A stretch of DNA of 64,000 nucleotides. It comes from a virus. Taxonomy: Duplodnaviria > Caudoviricetes. Location: positions 32,001-96,000 of the IMG/VR virus record IMGVR_UViG_3300037067_007264; one strand, written 5' to 3'. The position numbers and the translations under genes were made by a program. Positions 28,205-37,721 of this stretch are shown here, piece after piece. Position 1 is the stretch's first letter. Each line of letters begins with the position of its first letter. Below the pieces are notes generated by a model, which ran no database searches, was not told where the DNA came from, and was given only the letters and a program-made list of their open reading frames with translations.

Positions 28205-28395
28205 TATTCGTAATTATTCGCGGCAATCCACTCAGCGGCCATATGACCTAGTTCGGCCTCCAATTGCTTGAGAACTTCTCCGGCTTGTGGGGACGGTCGG
28301 TTACCCTCCTCGTCGGAACCCGTTCGGATCAAGTTTCGGATCTTTACCACTGACTTGGCCTTTTCAACAATCGTAACCCTGTCTTGACGTTCCAT
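28204..28395 (-). CDS. Hypothetical protein
   Basis: Start MERQD set by GGTGTA. Confidence 0.65.
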   Translation of the reverse strand: MERQDRVTIVEKAKSVVKIRNLIRTGSDEEGNRPSPQAGEVLKQLEAELGHMAAEWIAANNYE

Positions 28396-28422
28396 AGTGG
28401 TCGATGATACACCAAAAGGCCG

Positions 28423-29070
28423 ATGCAAGACATTATTGAAGCCAGAAAGAGCCTCCGAGATCTGGTTGCCCCGTTCAAAAGAGTTCTACTAAGCTATCAG
28501 TTAGAGGAAAGGCTTGGTGTTGAAACTGGTACTCGCTTGGATGAGGATGCTTTTCAAGTATTTATTGAGATCACTATCTCACCAGCCAGTGATTACCCAT
28601 CTGTTGTGTTCAAGGAAGAACTTGCAACAGTTAGAGTACTTGCTCCAAGTAGAGTTGAGGCTATTGCAGAAGTCTACTCACAAGTTGAGAAGTTGTGCCC
28701 CAAGTGGCGTAGAGACTTGGAGATTGACCTAGCTTTCTCTAAGACTATTGGACAGCAAGTTCGAATTATCAGAGAGCTATTGGAGTATGTCATCAATCAA
28801 GATGATACTTGTAGAAAACTCGGTTTAGGCCTCGAAAGGGAGGAAGTGTTTCTTCAGCCTGGGGAGACCTTGGACGTTGTTGGCCATGAGCCCGGCAAGT
28901 TGATTGTTCAACAGGGAGAAAATCAATTCAATATCTACTACTGGAAGTTCACCAATTACGTTACTCAATATGATAAGTCCGGTGGCCCTGGTATAAGGAT
29001 TCCTACTCCCTACCTCGAGTTCACCAACGGCTATGTACCGTGGGTGCTCGGTGTAGATGAGTACTTATGA
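28423..29070 (+). CDS. Hypothetical protein
   Basis: 215-aa ORF. Confidence 0.8.
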   Translation: MQDIIEARKSLRDLVAPFKRVLLSYQLEERLGVETGTRLDEDAFQVFIEITISPASDYPSVVFKEELATVRVLAPSRVEAIAEVYSQVEKLCPKWRRDLEIDLAFSKTIGQQVRIIRELLEYVINQDDTCRKLGLGLEREEVFLQPGETLDVVGHEPGKLIVQQGENQFNIYYWKFTNYVTQYDKSGGPGIRIPTPYLEFTNGYVPWVLGVDEYL

Positions 29071-29282
29071 TAGAAGACTTCCAGCTTGAGGAGATCTGCA
29101 AATCAGTAGTCAACAACGAAGAGAACCACTTCGCAGTGTCCCTTCACAAAAGAGGGAAGACAGGGGTGCCCCGCCTTTTAATGCAGGTAATGCGTCAATT
29201 ACCGAAGAGTGAGATCAGCAATGATATGCTCATCAGGATTTACCAAACCTTGGTGAAGGTTATGGATAGCACTAGTAATTAG
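29067..29282 (+). CDS. Hypothetical protein
   Basis: ATGA-coupled ORF. Confidence 0.65.
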   Translation: MIEDFQLEEICKSVVNNEENHFAVSLHKRGKTGVPRLLMQVMRQLPKSEISNDMLIRIYQTLVKVMDSTSN

Positions 29283-29977
29283 TGAGCAGTCCCGATTCTA
29301 ATCTCCTCAGCTATTGCTATAGCAGCAGCTTTTGGATCTTGGGCATCTCGAATGGGTCGACCGATAACGATCAGCTTAGCCCCGTCAAGGACAGCTTGAG
29401 AGGGAGTCCCTACACGCTTTTGGTCACCTACTGAGGATCCTACTGGGCGAACTCCGGGAACTAAGTAGAAAGCTCCTGGCATCACCTGACTCAGAGACTT
29501 AACTTCATGAGGAGAGCAAACGAATCCTCGTATGCCACAATCGTATCCAAATGCACCGAGGCTTCCAACACGATTCAAGATGCTGTGACTTGGGTTGAAG
29601 TCCAACTCCTTGTAGTCCTCATCGGACATCGAAGTCAGGACCGTGACCATCAGGAGTGTGATCCCAAATGGTTCGGCTGCTTTTACAGCTTTCTCTAGAG
29701 AACCCCTTTGTTGTGCGTGGATCGTCATGAACTTGACACCCCGGTCACCACCAGTCTTGACCGCCCGTTCCACTGTTTCTGGGATGTCGTGGAGCTTGAG
29801 ATCGAGAATGATGGGGTTGGTTGTCAACTCCATGAATGTTCGTCCTGTCTTTATGAAAAGTTCGAGTCCGACTTTGAAGGCACCCACATAGGGCTCGAGG
29901 GTTGTAATCAACCTCTCCGCTGTGTTGGCATCCGGGACATCTAGGGCGAAGGCAATGTATCCGTAGGGTTGAGTCAT
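29279..29977 (-). CDS. pyrF: Orotidine-5'-phosphate decarboxylase
   Basis: ALD, KVGLELF, ILDLKLHDIPETV, VTVLTS, VCS, VPGVRP, DQKR, VIGRPI. Confidence 0.97.
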   Translation of the reverse strand: MTQPYGYIAFALDVPDANTAERLITTLEPYVGAFKVGLELFIKTGRTFMELTTNPIILDLKLHDIPETVERAVKTGGDRGVKFMTIHAQQRGSLEKAVKAAEPFGITLLMVTVLTSMSDEDYKELDFNPSHSILNRVGSLGAFGYDCGIRGFVCSPHEVKSLSQVMPGAFYLVPGVRPVGSSVGDQKRVGTPSQAVLDGAKLIVIGRPIRDAQDPKAAAIAIAEEIRIGTAH

Positions 29978-30017
29978 GAAGATAGCCTTTACAACAAGTC
30001 TAGTGTAAAAGCAATAG

Positions 30018-30596
30018 TCACGCTGCTTTGACCTCAGGTGGGCGTCGATATTGACGGTTACTGTACTCGTCAGCCTGTCCCTTCTTGTATGGAATGTGAA
30101 ATGCTTTCACAAGCATCTTGAACAAATCCTCCGCACCAAAGGCACAGAATGAAGGGCTTAAACACAGACCTATTCCGACACAGTCTCGAAGGTAAAGACT
30201 GAGATCTACCTCTTGAGGCTCGAAGACAGTATTGGTAGTTAGCCAATCGGAACCTGAGTTCCAGAACTTCTGCCCGTGATTACAGCTCCCGTGGGAGACT
30301 CCTTTTTGGTTTCTGATCCAAAGGTACTTCCCTCGAGTTCGCCACTTCACGTAAGAGACCCAGGTCCCACACTCAAAGATGTTGATATCCGTATCGGTCA
30401 GATCTGAATGCTCATCAACGTTTACGAGAAGATTGGCCCCAGACTTGTTGATACTGGGGAGTAGCTGCTGGTGATTCATCACAGCTCGAATTGGTATGTC
30501 CCCACGTCGAAGGAGAAGTTTGGACAATGTCTTCTCAGCTGCGTCCAAGTCATTCCAGAAATCTATGTCAATTGAGAGATAGGTTTTTAGGGTCAT
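30018..30596 (-). CDS. Putative arginase/deacetylase-fold (UPF0489-like) protein
   Basis: LSIDIDFW, HQ, N-x-D-x-H-x-D, G-x-W, C-x-SP. Confidence 0.6.
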   Translation of the reverse strand: MTLKTYLSIDIDFWNDLDAAEKTLSKLLLRRGDIPIRAVMNHQQLLPSINKSGANLLVNVDEHSDLTDTDINIFECGTWVSYVKWRTRGKYLWIRNQKGVSHGSCNHGQKFWNSGSDWLTTNTVFEPQEVDLSLYLRDCVGIGLCLSPSFCAFGAEDLFKMLVKAFHIPYKKGQADEYSNRQYRRPPEVKAA

Positions 30597-30973
30597 TGGG
30601 TGGAGTGGTTACGCAAGGTTGGTGGAGTACTATCGGAAACTCTGACAGGTGGGCCTATTGGTGTTGAGGGTTCTTCAAATATCTCGTGAGGGTCAGAATG
30701 GTGGATAACCTCTGGTCGATCAAAGTCTGGTGCTGTCCCATCAAGAGCCTCGTTTGCAGCCGCTAATGATAGCTCAGGACGGGTTGACCCTAGCATATCC
30801 ACGAAGAAACTTGCCAGGTCGAATGAGTCATACCCCTGAATTAGGACTTCACCCCCGATGTCGGTCCAATGTACTACTTTTTCGCTGTCCACGGAGAAGG
30901 TCTCATTTTGAACAGTGAGTCCCCTCATGATAGCTCGGATTACTACTAAGACGGCTTCCGATTTGTAGGCCAC
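30593..30973 (-). CDS. Hypothetical protein
   Basis: Coupled ORF. Confidence 0.7.
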   Translation of the reverse strand: MAYKSEAVLVVIRAIMRGLTVQNETFSVDSEKVVHWTDIGGEVLIQGYDSFDLASFFVDMLGSTRPELSLAAANEALDGTAPDFDRPEVIHHSDPHEIFEEPSTPIGPPVRVSDSTPPTLRNHSTQ

Positions 30974-31023
30974 AGAGGTTCCTAACTTATTACACTGAGT
31001 AGCTCGTTGTTCTACAGTGAAAC

Positions 31024-31272
31024 TTATTGGGTTTCAACAGGAGCTCGATAACGCTGTGGTAGCTCGAGAGGGGCTCGCCGAATGTAGTCCAGGGCTCGCT
31101 TAGTTGTTTCGGACTCTTGTTGAACTCCATCAATAAAGATAGCTCTGAATGTCTGAGAACCTCTTGAGGCAATGTGAACTGAAACTCTGTCCGATCTGAC
31201 CCTGAGAATCTTAGCCGCTGTCCTGAGGGTTTTTCGGTTATCCCATACCGTGAGTATGAGTTCGATGTCCAT
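31024..31272 (-). CDS. Hypothetical protein (domain shared with 31278..31754)
   Basis: VSVHIA...RAIFIDG vs VTIHIA...QSIFVDS. Confidence 0.7.
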   Translation of the reverse strand: MDIELILTVWDNRKTLRTAAKILRVRSDRVSVHIASRGSQTFRAIFIDGVQQESETTKRALDYIRRAPLELPQRYRAPVETQ

Positions 31273-31277
31273 GATCT

Positions 31278-31754
31278 TCAGATAGCCTCAAGCTTCAAGT
31301 TGGAAGGTACCTGACCCTCTGTAATTACTTCCAGGAACTCCGACCAAGGGATGAATCGCAAGGCATTAGAAACTGCCCTGCCACGTCGGAGATGGCTATC
31401 AACGAAAATGGATTGGTAGAAGTACCCGTTGCACAAGGCAATGTGAATGGTTACCTTACTAGGGTCTTCATTGATGATAGCCGCAAGTTGTTCGACAAGT
31501 TCTGGCTTATCCTCATGTGAGATGATCAGGTCCTGATTACAAAACCTCAAGGCATCCAGTGGGGTCTCTACCAAACCCTCCAACCCACGACCTGACCTGA
31601 TAGCCTCAATCTTTGCCAGAAAAACAGAAACTGTCGCTGGTATTGTCCTTCTTAAGTCACTGTCGACTTGTGCGATACCCGAATCATCAGATTGATGACT
31701 CAAAGGTAACTTCTCTGCATTAGGATTTGTTTGTCTGAGACTTGAGTTTTCCAT
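31278..31754 (-). CDS. Hypothetical protein
   Basis: ORF; paralogous C-terminal domain. Confidence 0.75.
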   Translation of the reverse strand: MENSSLRQTNPNAEKLPLSHQSDDSGIAQVDSDLRRTIPATVSVFLAKIEAIRSGRGLEGLVETPLDALRFCNQDLIISHEDKPELVEQLAAIINEDPSKVTIHIALCNGYFYQSIFVDSHLRRGRAVSNALRFIPWSEFLEVITEGQVPSNLKLEAI

Positions 31755-31765
31755 AACATTGAATA

Positions 31766-31969
31766 TTACGTGTGAGGGTCCCCATTCTCAGTATTTCCTC
31801 TAAGATTCTGACTTAGCTTCTTCCTCTTAGCTCGTAACTCATCGATTCTAGAGGTTTTTAATTCCTTTCTGGCTGACTTAAGAGCCTTCCTGGCAGCCTT
31901 GTACCCCTTTTTGGCGGCCACATATCGTTCATGTGCTGGCATCAATTCTGGACTCTCAGGGGTTTTCAT
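31766..31969 (-). CDS. Small basic coiled-coil protein
   Basis: K/R/A-rich ORF. Confidence 0.55.
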   Translation of the reverse strand: MKTPESPELMPAHERYVAAKKGYKAARKALKSARKELKTSRIDELRAKRKKLSQNLRGNTENGDPHT

Positions 31970-32034
31970 CGGAACTCTTGATAATAAGCACCAAATCAAC
32001 CACAGTTCAATAGGCTTTCGGTGTACTAGCTTGT

Positions 32035-32526
32035 ATGCAAGATACGAAAGAGGAGCAAAGCATAGAAGAGTATTGGGGTTTGTTCAGGGATAGCCTGCCT
32101 GGAGCAGAGTCCTCAGTAGAGGCAATCTATCGTATTTTGGAGATTCTGTGTCGGCAGGTTGACGCCTTCTCAGGTTGTGATGAACGAAAAGGGAGGTATC
32201 CGCAGCTAGTTACCTCCCGTACTCGGAACCTACCTAGTTGGAAGCTCACCTTGACCTACTGGAATCACACTCAGGATGAGGCCGTGATTCTAACCTCAAC
32301 TGGTCAAGTGTACTCAACCGTAGTTGCAGACTTATTCAATCAGGTAACCTCAGCCCTGAAAAAAGAGACTGCAAAACGGATCGCATGGGTGGATGATACT
32401 GAGAGGGAGTTGGCTGCCCTGAAGAAAAACCTTCATATCTCAGAGAAGTTCTGCAGTCTCCTCGGAACTTATGTCCCTGAACAACAGAGCCTACCCATTG
32501 GGAGTATGGCTAAAGAGCTTACCTGA
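32035..32526 (+). CDS. Hypothetical protein, N-terminal motif SIEEYWGLFR
   Basis: GGTGTA 9 nt upstream; motif. Confidence 0.8.
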   Translation: MQDTKEEQSIEEYWGLFRDSLPGAESSVEAIYRILEILCRQVDAFSGCDERKGRYPQLVTSRTRNLPSWKLTLTYWNHTQDEAVILTSTGQVYSTVVADLFNQVTSALKKETAKRIAWVDDTERELAALKKNLHISEKFCSLLGTYVPEQQSLPIGSMAKELT

Positions 32527-32806
32527 CGGCTTCGAAGAGGGTCAGTTCCCCTTCGGGGAACCCGATATGGCAGTCCTCTTCTGGGCTCCCCACGGGCTCG
32601 TAGTCGTAATCTAGGTTGCCAAGCATCCAGAACCCTCCTTCAGCCCTCTGGCACCTTATCAGCGAGATGGGGCAGTTGAATCCAGGGTCGTCTGGGTTGT
32701 AGAGGTGAAGATGGGCCCAAACGATGAGCCCATCTTTGAGGTCTTTCTCTTTTAGTAACCGTCCGCGCTTGTACCAAATCTTGCCAAGCTTCTCACGATT
32801 TGACAT
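32519..32806 (-). CDS. Hypothetical protein
   Basis: ORF. Confidence 0.7.
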   Translation of the reverse strand: MSNREKLGKIWYKRGRLLKEKDLKDGLIVWAHLHLYNPDDPGFNCPISLIRCQRAEGGFWMLGNLDYDYEPVGSPEEDCHIGFPEGELTLFEAVR

Positions 32807-32873
32807 ACTGACTACCCGGATAGCACCCTTTTAGTGTAAACTTTGGTGAGGATTCGAAACCCCGAGCGTAATA

Positions 32874-33107
32874 CTACTCAATCTGAACTAGGACTTCGAG
32901 AGGTAACTTCGCCTCCTTGAGAACCCAGATTGAACCTTCCGTACCGCCAACTTGTCTTTGGTCCTCAAACCAAAGACAAGTAGCTTGCTCTACTCCATTC
33001 TCAGCCACTATTTTGGAGACCACCATATCAGGACCCTCATCAGTATTGAGGTTAACTCTGTCCCCAACTTTTATGGGTACCTCTTCATCATTGTCTATGT
33101 TTGCCAT
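32874..33107 (-). CDS. YodC/DUF2158-like protein
   Basis: GD-x-V-x-L...GP-x-M-x-V...C-x-WF. Confidence 0.75.
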   Translation of the reverse strand: MANIDNDEEVPIKVGDRVNLNTDEGPDMVVSKIVAENGVEQATCLWFEDQRQVGGTEGSIWVLKEAKLPLEVLVQIE

Positions 33108-33118
33108 GGATTCCCATC

Positions 33119-33706
33119 CTATCTCTTGCCTGATGCTTGTTGAACAACTTGATCAAACGGGGGTAGTGCAGCGGGAGCCTCTCGAGGGGATAGGGAGGGG
33201 GCTGAATCGGAGTGTACTATTACCCCTACCTGAGCCTGTACCCCATCACTCTGGGCTGCTGGCTTCCTTACAACAGCATCTTCCCGTTGGACAGAGGAAA
33301 TCTCTGGAGTCCTCGAGAAGTACCCAGTTTCGGTACCCTTCTTTTTTCGTATCAAGGGTACCAACTGCGGGCCGGCTAAAGGAAGCGGAGTCTCTGGGGG
33401 GCTCGCCGTGCTTGCTATGCTTGCTATGCTTTGGGTTACTTCACCTTTTGTGACCCCAATATAGGCTCTGATGAATGCTTGTAGGTCGTTGTGGTTAGTC
33501 TCAGTATCCTTCGAAAGTTCGTTGAGCCTAGAGGATAAGACCTCGTATGTAGCTTTAGTGGCCGTCGTATCCGGTGGCTTGAACCAACTCGCTGCTGCAG
33601 TTAGAATGGCAGCGGTACCTAAAATGAAACCCCTAGCCGACAGAACCTGGGACAAGATCTTGAAAGCTTTGGATGTTGGGGGCTCAGAAGGATTTTCGTC
33701 GGCCAT
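33119..33706 (-). CDS. Hypothetical membrane-anchored protein
   Basis: One TM helix and coiled coil. Confidence 0.75.
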   Translation of the reverse strand: MADENPSEPPTSKAFKILSQVLSARGFILGTAAILTAAASWFKPPDTTATKATYEVLSSRLNELSKDTETNHNDLQAFIRAYIGVTKGEVTQSIASIASTASPPETPLPLAGPQLVPLIRKKKGTETGYFSRTPEISSVQREDAVVRKPAAQSDGVQAQVGVIVHSDSAPSLSPREAPAALPPFDQVVQQASGKR

Positions 33707-33785
33707 GATGTTTCATGACACCGGTAAACTGAGAAAAGTATTGAGAAAAGGATCTCTTGCACGTAATACTGATTAGGAGTTCTAA

Positions 33786-34007
33786 ATGAGCAGTAGGCCA
33801 GGGAAATTTGAAGGAGAACCGGGTTATGTTCCGGAGTTCTGGGCTAGAGCAATGGAAGGCTTTGCGGACAATCATGAAGAAGGAGTACTCAGCTTCACTA
33901 TCACTGAAGAGGACGCTAGGAAGTACCCTGAGTTGGTTGTGGGTCACAAGTTGCTGTTGACCGAGTCCACTGACGGATTCGTATTCTCTAGGATCGTCAA
34001 ATGCTGA
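33786..34007 (+). CDS. Hypothetical protein
   Basis: SD AGGAG; PGKFEGE...E-x-x-x-GFV. Confidence 0.75.
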   Translation: MSSRPGKFEGEPGYVPEFWARAMEGFADNHEEGVLSFTITEEDARKYPELVVGHKLLLTESTDGFVFSRIVKC

Positions 34008-34210
34008 ATCTTAGGATAAGAACATTCAAGATATTCTTCCAACGCAGTGACAATACTAAGTTTTTTCGGGTTGTAAGGGAGATCTACTCCGAAAACGCTT
34101 GTCTCTTCGCCGAAAGGGTTGGTCTAGAAGAGGGGGCTATTCCACTATGGCCCTTCGTCGATATCAGTCCTTGGAGGCACAAAAGAGACAGAAGATCGAA
34201 AAATAGTTGA
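34001..34210 (+). CDS. Hypothetical protein
   Basis: Overlapping coupled ORF. Confidence 0.5.
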   Translation: MLNLRIRTFKIFFQRSDNTKFFRVVREIYSENACLFAERVGLEEGAIPLWPFVDISPWRHKRDRRSKNS

Positions 34211-34260
34211 GCTTCATCTCTCTCATCCGTAATAGTGAGTGCAGTTACTAGGAACACCCA

Positions 34261-34509
34261 ATGCAATACGAGGATACAATCAAACCAGAGCCTCTAAACG
34301 AATGTGAATTTCGTTGTGGGTTTAGTATAGCTCGCATTGTATCCCCAAGTGTTTTCGACCGAATCCCCTCCAAGTCTAACTCACTCCGGATGGGTTTCAT
34401 TGCTTACCATTCGATCGCAACAGGAACCTTCTCCTCTGTTGAGGAGCTGGCCGCGGCCGACTTTGCCGAAAGTCTCAACCTAACCCCACCTACTACCAAG
34501 TCTGGATAA
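34261..34509 (+). CDS. Hypothetical protein
   Basis: ORF. Confidence 0.6.
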   Translation: MQYEDTIKPEPLNECEFRCGFSIARIVSPSVFDRIPSKSNSLRMGFIAYHSIATGTFSSVEELAAADFAESLNLTPPTTKSG

Positions 34510-34511
34510 TC

Positions 34512-35045
34512 ATGTCTGACCCGAAGTTTGAAGTTGATGAACCTGTAAACGTAATTGGTGATGAGCAAGTGTTCCCAGGAACTGTGCTCGGTATCCAGTT
34601 CAACGTACCCGTCTGGTGGTACATTATCGGATTGGATGACCCGATTGAATCAGACTATGGACCTCAAAAAGGTCTGTTCGTTCCAGAATCCTGTTTGGAG
34701 GAGTGCCAAGAAGAGGATTCCGAACCCGTCATCATCGAGAGTGAGTGGTCAACAGTTGGGTCCTACGTTTACGTTTGCAATCAAGAGCAGGTAGACCAAG
34801 GACACCCCACGGCCATTGACGTCGAAGTACGACTTGTCCACGATGACGAGGGTAGGATCTACATTCAGACCGTTGATGAAATTGACGGAACCTCATTATG
34901 GGATGATATCCCATACTTTACCCAAAGTGATGCCCTCATTATGGCTAAAGAGGTAATCTCCGAGAGTCACGAAGCTGAACCAACGGAGAACGCGGCGGCC
35001 TACCTAGCACGTGTTATGGCTGAAGAGCAGGCTGAGTCCCACTGA
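34512..35045 (+). CDS. Acidic hypothetical protein (N-terminal SH3/KOW-like segment)
   Basis: PKFEVDEPV...G-x-V...W-x-Y. Confidence 0.75.
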   Translation: MSDPKFEVDEPVNVIGDEQVFPGTVLGIQFNVPVWWYIIGLDDPIESDYGPQKGLFVPESCLEECQEEDSEPVIIESEWSTVGSYVYVCNQEQVDQGHPTAIDVEVRLVHDDEGRIYIQTVDEIDGTSLWDDIPYFTQSDALIMAKEVISESHEAEPTENAAAYLARVMAEEQAESH

Positions 35046-35445
35046 CAGCTTCCCAGTCAATCCCGAACTCCTTACGTAACTCCTGAACTCGATGGGCTGG
35101 AAACTCCAGCCCTTGATGTGGGTAGAACTCATTGGCCTGACGATGAACCAGACACAAGAAGGTCTGCTTGGTGTAGACAAATCCAGCTAGAGCCATTTCT
35201 TCTTTAGTGGCCGAGCGGGAACCCATCCCATAGGGAACTGAACTGAAGAATAGGGCCATTGCGTACTGATCGTCCAGGTCGAGGAGGATTGCAATATGCT
35301 CTCCCCGTTCATCTTGGTGGATCACAACGTTTCCAACGAGAACCTCACCACATCCAGCGGGATCCAAATTGACAACTCGAGCTCTAAAGGGGATTGAACC
35401 CCCTCGCTTTCTATAAGCGGGTCTTCCTCGGGCCATGACAAACAC
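35014..35445 (-). CDS. Hypothetical protein
   Basis: ORF. Confidence 0.75.
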   Translation of the reverse strand: MFVMARGRPAYRKRGGSIPFRARVVNLDPAGCGEVLVGNVVIHQDERGEHIAILLDLDDQYAMALFFSSVPYGMGSRSATKEEMALAGFVYTKQTFLCLVHRQANEFYPHQGLEFPAHRVQELRKEFGIDWEAVSGTQPALQP

Positions 35446-35589
35446 CTTCTAAGTGATACACTTCTTACAAGTAACTTCAATAGAATTGATTCCGATTAGG
35501 TGTCCAGAAACTTTAGTGAGCTTCACGCAGGTGATTCGTAGTACTTGAGGAACCATGCACGCATTGAAAATCAATAGAGATCACTGGAT

Positions 35590-35834
35590 CGGACGACCCC
35601 CAGCTGAGGCTCAACGAGTTGAGCGGTGGACTGGGAAGCGGTGGATACCGGACGACGGACGACCAGGTCTGGCTTTCAGTGGGGTTATCTTTGACGGAAA
35701 CCCTAAATGCGAAATCCCGACCCCGATAGCTTGGACGTCAGGGTGCGAATGCCACCTGATATCTGCAAGCGGGTGCCCTTCAAGTATCGCCGCTCGGTAT
35801 ACGGCCAAGCGATTTGGCTGTAGCAACGGGGATA
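35590..35834 (+). ncRNA. Candidate large structured RNA
   Basis: Several G-U-containing stems on the + strand; GC-rich; the overlapping ORF has an atypical composition; CGTAGTA motif upstream. Confidence 0.4.
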
Positions 35835-35950
35835 AAATGATTAGACTTCATCTCCGTTTAGTAGCAAAATCCCAGAAGGTGTCAAGGGGACTTCATGGAA
35901 AATAGAACTAGGAACAATCCAGACAAGGATAATCCGTAGAGGGCTGACGC

Positions 35951-36664
35951 ATGATCATCTACTGTATCATTGCTGGTTTGGCCTTAGTTGGACTTGTTAT
36001 CGGACAGAACAAGCTTGACATCCGGAGGAGATCTGGGGCATTCATTCTAGACGATGGGGGTGAGCGGTGGGTTGTAGACTTCACCATCGGGATGATGTAC
36101 TATCGATACTTCTACAAGGTTCCACATCCGACTGATAGATACTTAGGTCTGGACTATGAGATTCGACTAACTCATCCACTAATATGGAGAGGATGCGGAG
36201 TTACAGTAGAGCCTCCAGAAACCCATCTTTGGGAGATGAGGCTCACGAAAGAATCCCACGACCTAGCTCATAGGGGTGCAGTTGATCGGCTCCTCAATCC
36301 ATCTGGGTTGTCTGAGAAGTCTCGTAACCGAGTTAGTAAAGAGATTCAAATTGACCTCCTCGAGCTCGGTCCAGAGCCCACTTGGAAACCAGTTCCACCT
36401 TGGTTGATTGGGGTCTTAGAGTCTCGCCACAAGGTGTTTCTTCGGTATCCTTTAGCTTACGAAGAAGGAATCTATCAAAACCACCCTGGTAGGGTAGAGG
36501 ACATCAAACGTTACCTCACCCGAGATGGGAGCCCCACATGTTCCAATGGCTCAAAAGGTGGTTCACAATCCAAGAGGTACCTAAAGATATACGGTACTGC
36601 GAGTTCGACTGCAGGAAGACGAGTTGCACCGAAGAGGAGAGACTCACGTGTTCTCGTCGGTTAA
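35951..36664 (+). CDS. Hypothetical membrane-anchored protein
   Basis: N-terminal TM helix. Confidence 0.75.
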   Translation: MIIYCIIAGLALVGLVIGQNKLDIRRRSGAFILDDGGERWVVDFTIGMMYYRYFYKVPHPTDRYLGLDYEIRLTHPLIWRGCGVTVEPPETHLWEMRLTKESHDLAHRGAVDRLLNPSGLSEKSRNRVSKEIQIDLLELGPEPTWKPVPPWLIGVLESRHKVFLRYPLAYEEGIYQNHPGRVEDIKRYLTRDGSPTCSNGSKGGSQSKRYLKIYGTASSTAGRRVAPKRRDSRVLVG

Positions 36665-36723
36665 ACCTGGAAGAGCTGGAAGCTCAGAGTCAAAGGGGAT
36701 CCCCGGAAGATGAACACGGATAA
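36538..36723 (+). CDS. Small Cys-containing protein
   Basis: CEFDCRK-x-x-C...C-x-RRL. Confidence 0.6.
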   Translation: MFQWLKRWFTIQEVPKDIRYCEFDCRKTSCTEEERLTCSRRLNLEELEAQSQRGSPEDEHG

Positions 36724-37009
36724 GGTAGCTCAAAGGATGACCACCACTTGTTTCCACGATGGGGCCGTCTATGTCGAATCGAATGGCCTCACCGTTTGGG
36801 TCAACGAACAAGGCAAGTGTGTTGCTAGGTTTGGCCAACACTTCAGGGAATTCCTCATGGATTCAACAACTCCCGAAGTGGTCAAACACGCAAACTCAAC
36901 CCCTACGTTGACCGACTGGAATGACTTCGTCACCGTTGTCGAGAGTTACTGCAAGGTCAAGATGGGTGCTGAACATCGCCCTCGGTACATCAGGGCTTGG
37001 TCCCCATGA
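36710..37009 (+). CDS. Hypothetical protein
   Basis: ORF in + operon. Confidence 0.7.
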   Translation: MNTDKVAQRMTTTCFHDGAVYVESNGLTVWVNEQGKCVARFGQHFREFLMDSTTPEVVKHANSTPTLTDWNDFVTVVESYCKVKMGAEHRPRYIRAWSP

Positions 37010-37245
37010 AGTGTCCTTATTGCCTTCAGGACCCCGATAAGCATTCCCCAGGATGTCCAAACCTGTGTACCCTAGATGATGCCCACTGGGCCATTTCAAT
37101 CTACCACCTAGGTCGTGATCGGAGTGTTATGGGACTCCCCTGTCCGGCCGATGCGTCACCCACCTACAAACTAGGATATCACTTTGGAGAGCTCCTAACC
37201 GGGAAGTCTCAAAATCTTAGTGAGGATCCTGGCCCTGGTACGTAA
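37006..37245 (+). CDS. Small Zn-binding protein
   Basis: CxxC...HxxxC. Confidence 0.65.
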   Translation: MKCPYCLQDPDKHSPGCPNLCTLDDAHWAISIYHLGRDRSVMGLPCPADASPTYKLGYHFGELLTGKSQNLSEDPGPGT

Positions 37246-37253
37246 TACTAGGC

Positions 37254-37688
37254 ATGTACACAAGCCCACTTCATCAAGGTTACCTAGACGCCCTTTACGG
37301 GAAAGATCAAGACCCTGAGCAGACTTGTTCTGAATACGAAGAGGGTTACATTGTAGGCCTATGTGACAGGGATGAACTAGCCGCTGGCACGCAACCTCCG
37401 AAGTTCCTCGGCTGCTATCGGGAAGATGACTTACCCATTAAGAGAGGTCAGGAAGTGATCATCCCCAAGGGTACGATGGTCAAGGTTGTAGGGAAGCCAG
37501 CAAAGCCTGCTGGGAGGACTTACAAGATCACAGTAGCTCACGTGAATAGTGGGAACACCTTCTATGTTAAAGGGAGCGCTTTCCGGAAAGAATACATCCG
37601 TCCAACTTCACCTAAGGTTGTATGGCCTGGCACTGGTGGCTACTGGGCAGAAGCCGACCTGAACGACATACTCAAGGCCAACCCATGA
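37254..37688 (+). CDS. Hypothetical protein
   Basis: CGTAATA motif upstream. Confidence 0.75.
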   Translation: MYTSPLHQGYLDALYGKDQDPEQTCSEYEEGYIVGLCDRDELAAGTQPPKFLGCYREDDLPIKRGQEVIIPKGTMVKVVGKPAKPAGRTYKITVAHVNSGNTFYVKGSAFRKEYIRPTSPKVVWPGTGGYWAEADLNDILKANP

Positions 37689-37721
37689 CAGGGCCCGTTA
37701 TCTCCGGTGTAAGCCTAATGG

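Noticed and set aside
33409-33431. Short tandem repeat (tgcttgcta)x2+
   Set aside because: It simply encodes SIASIAS in a low-complexity linker.
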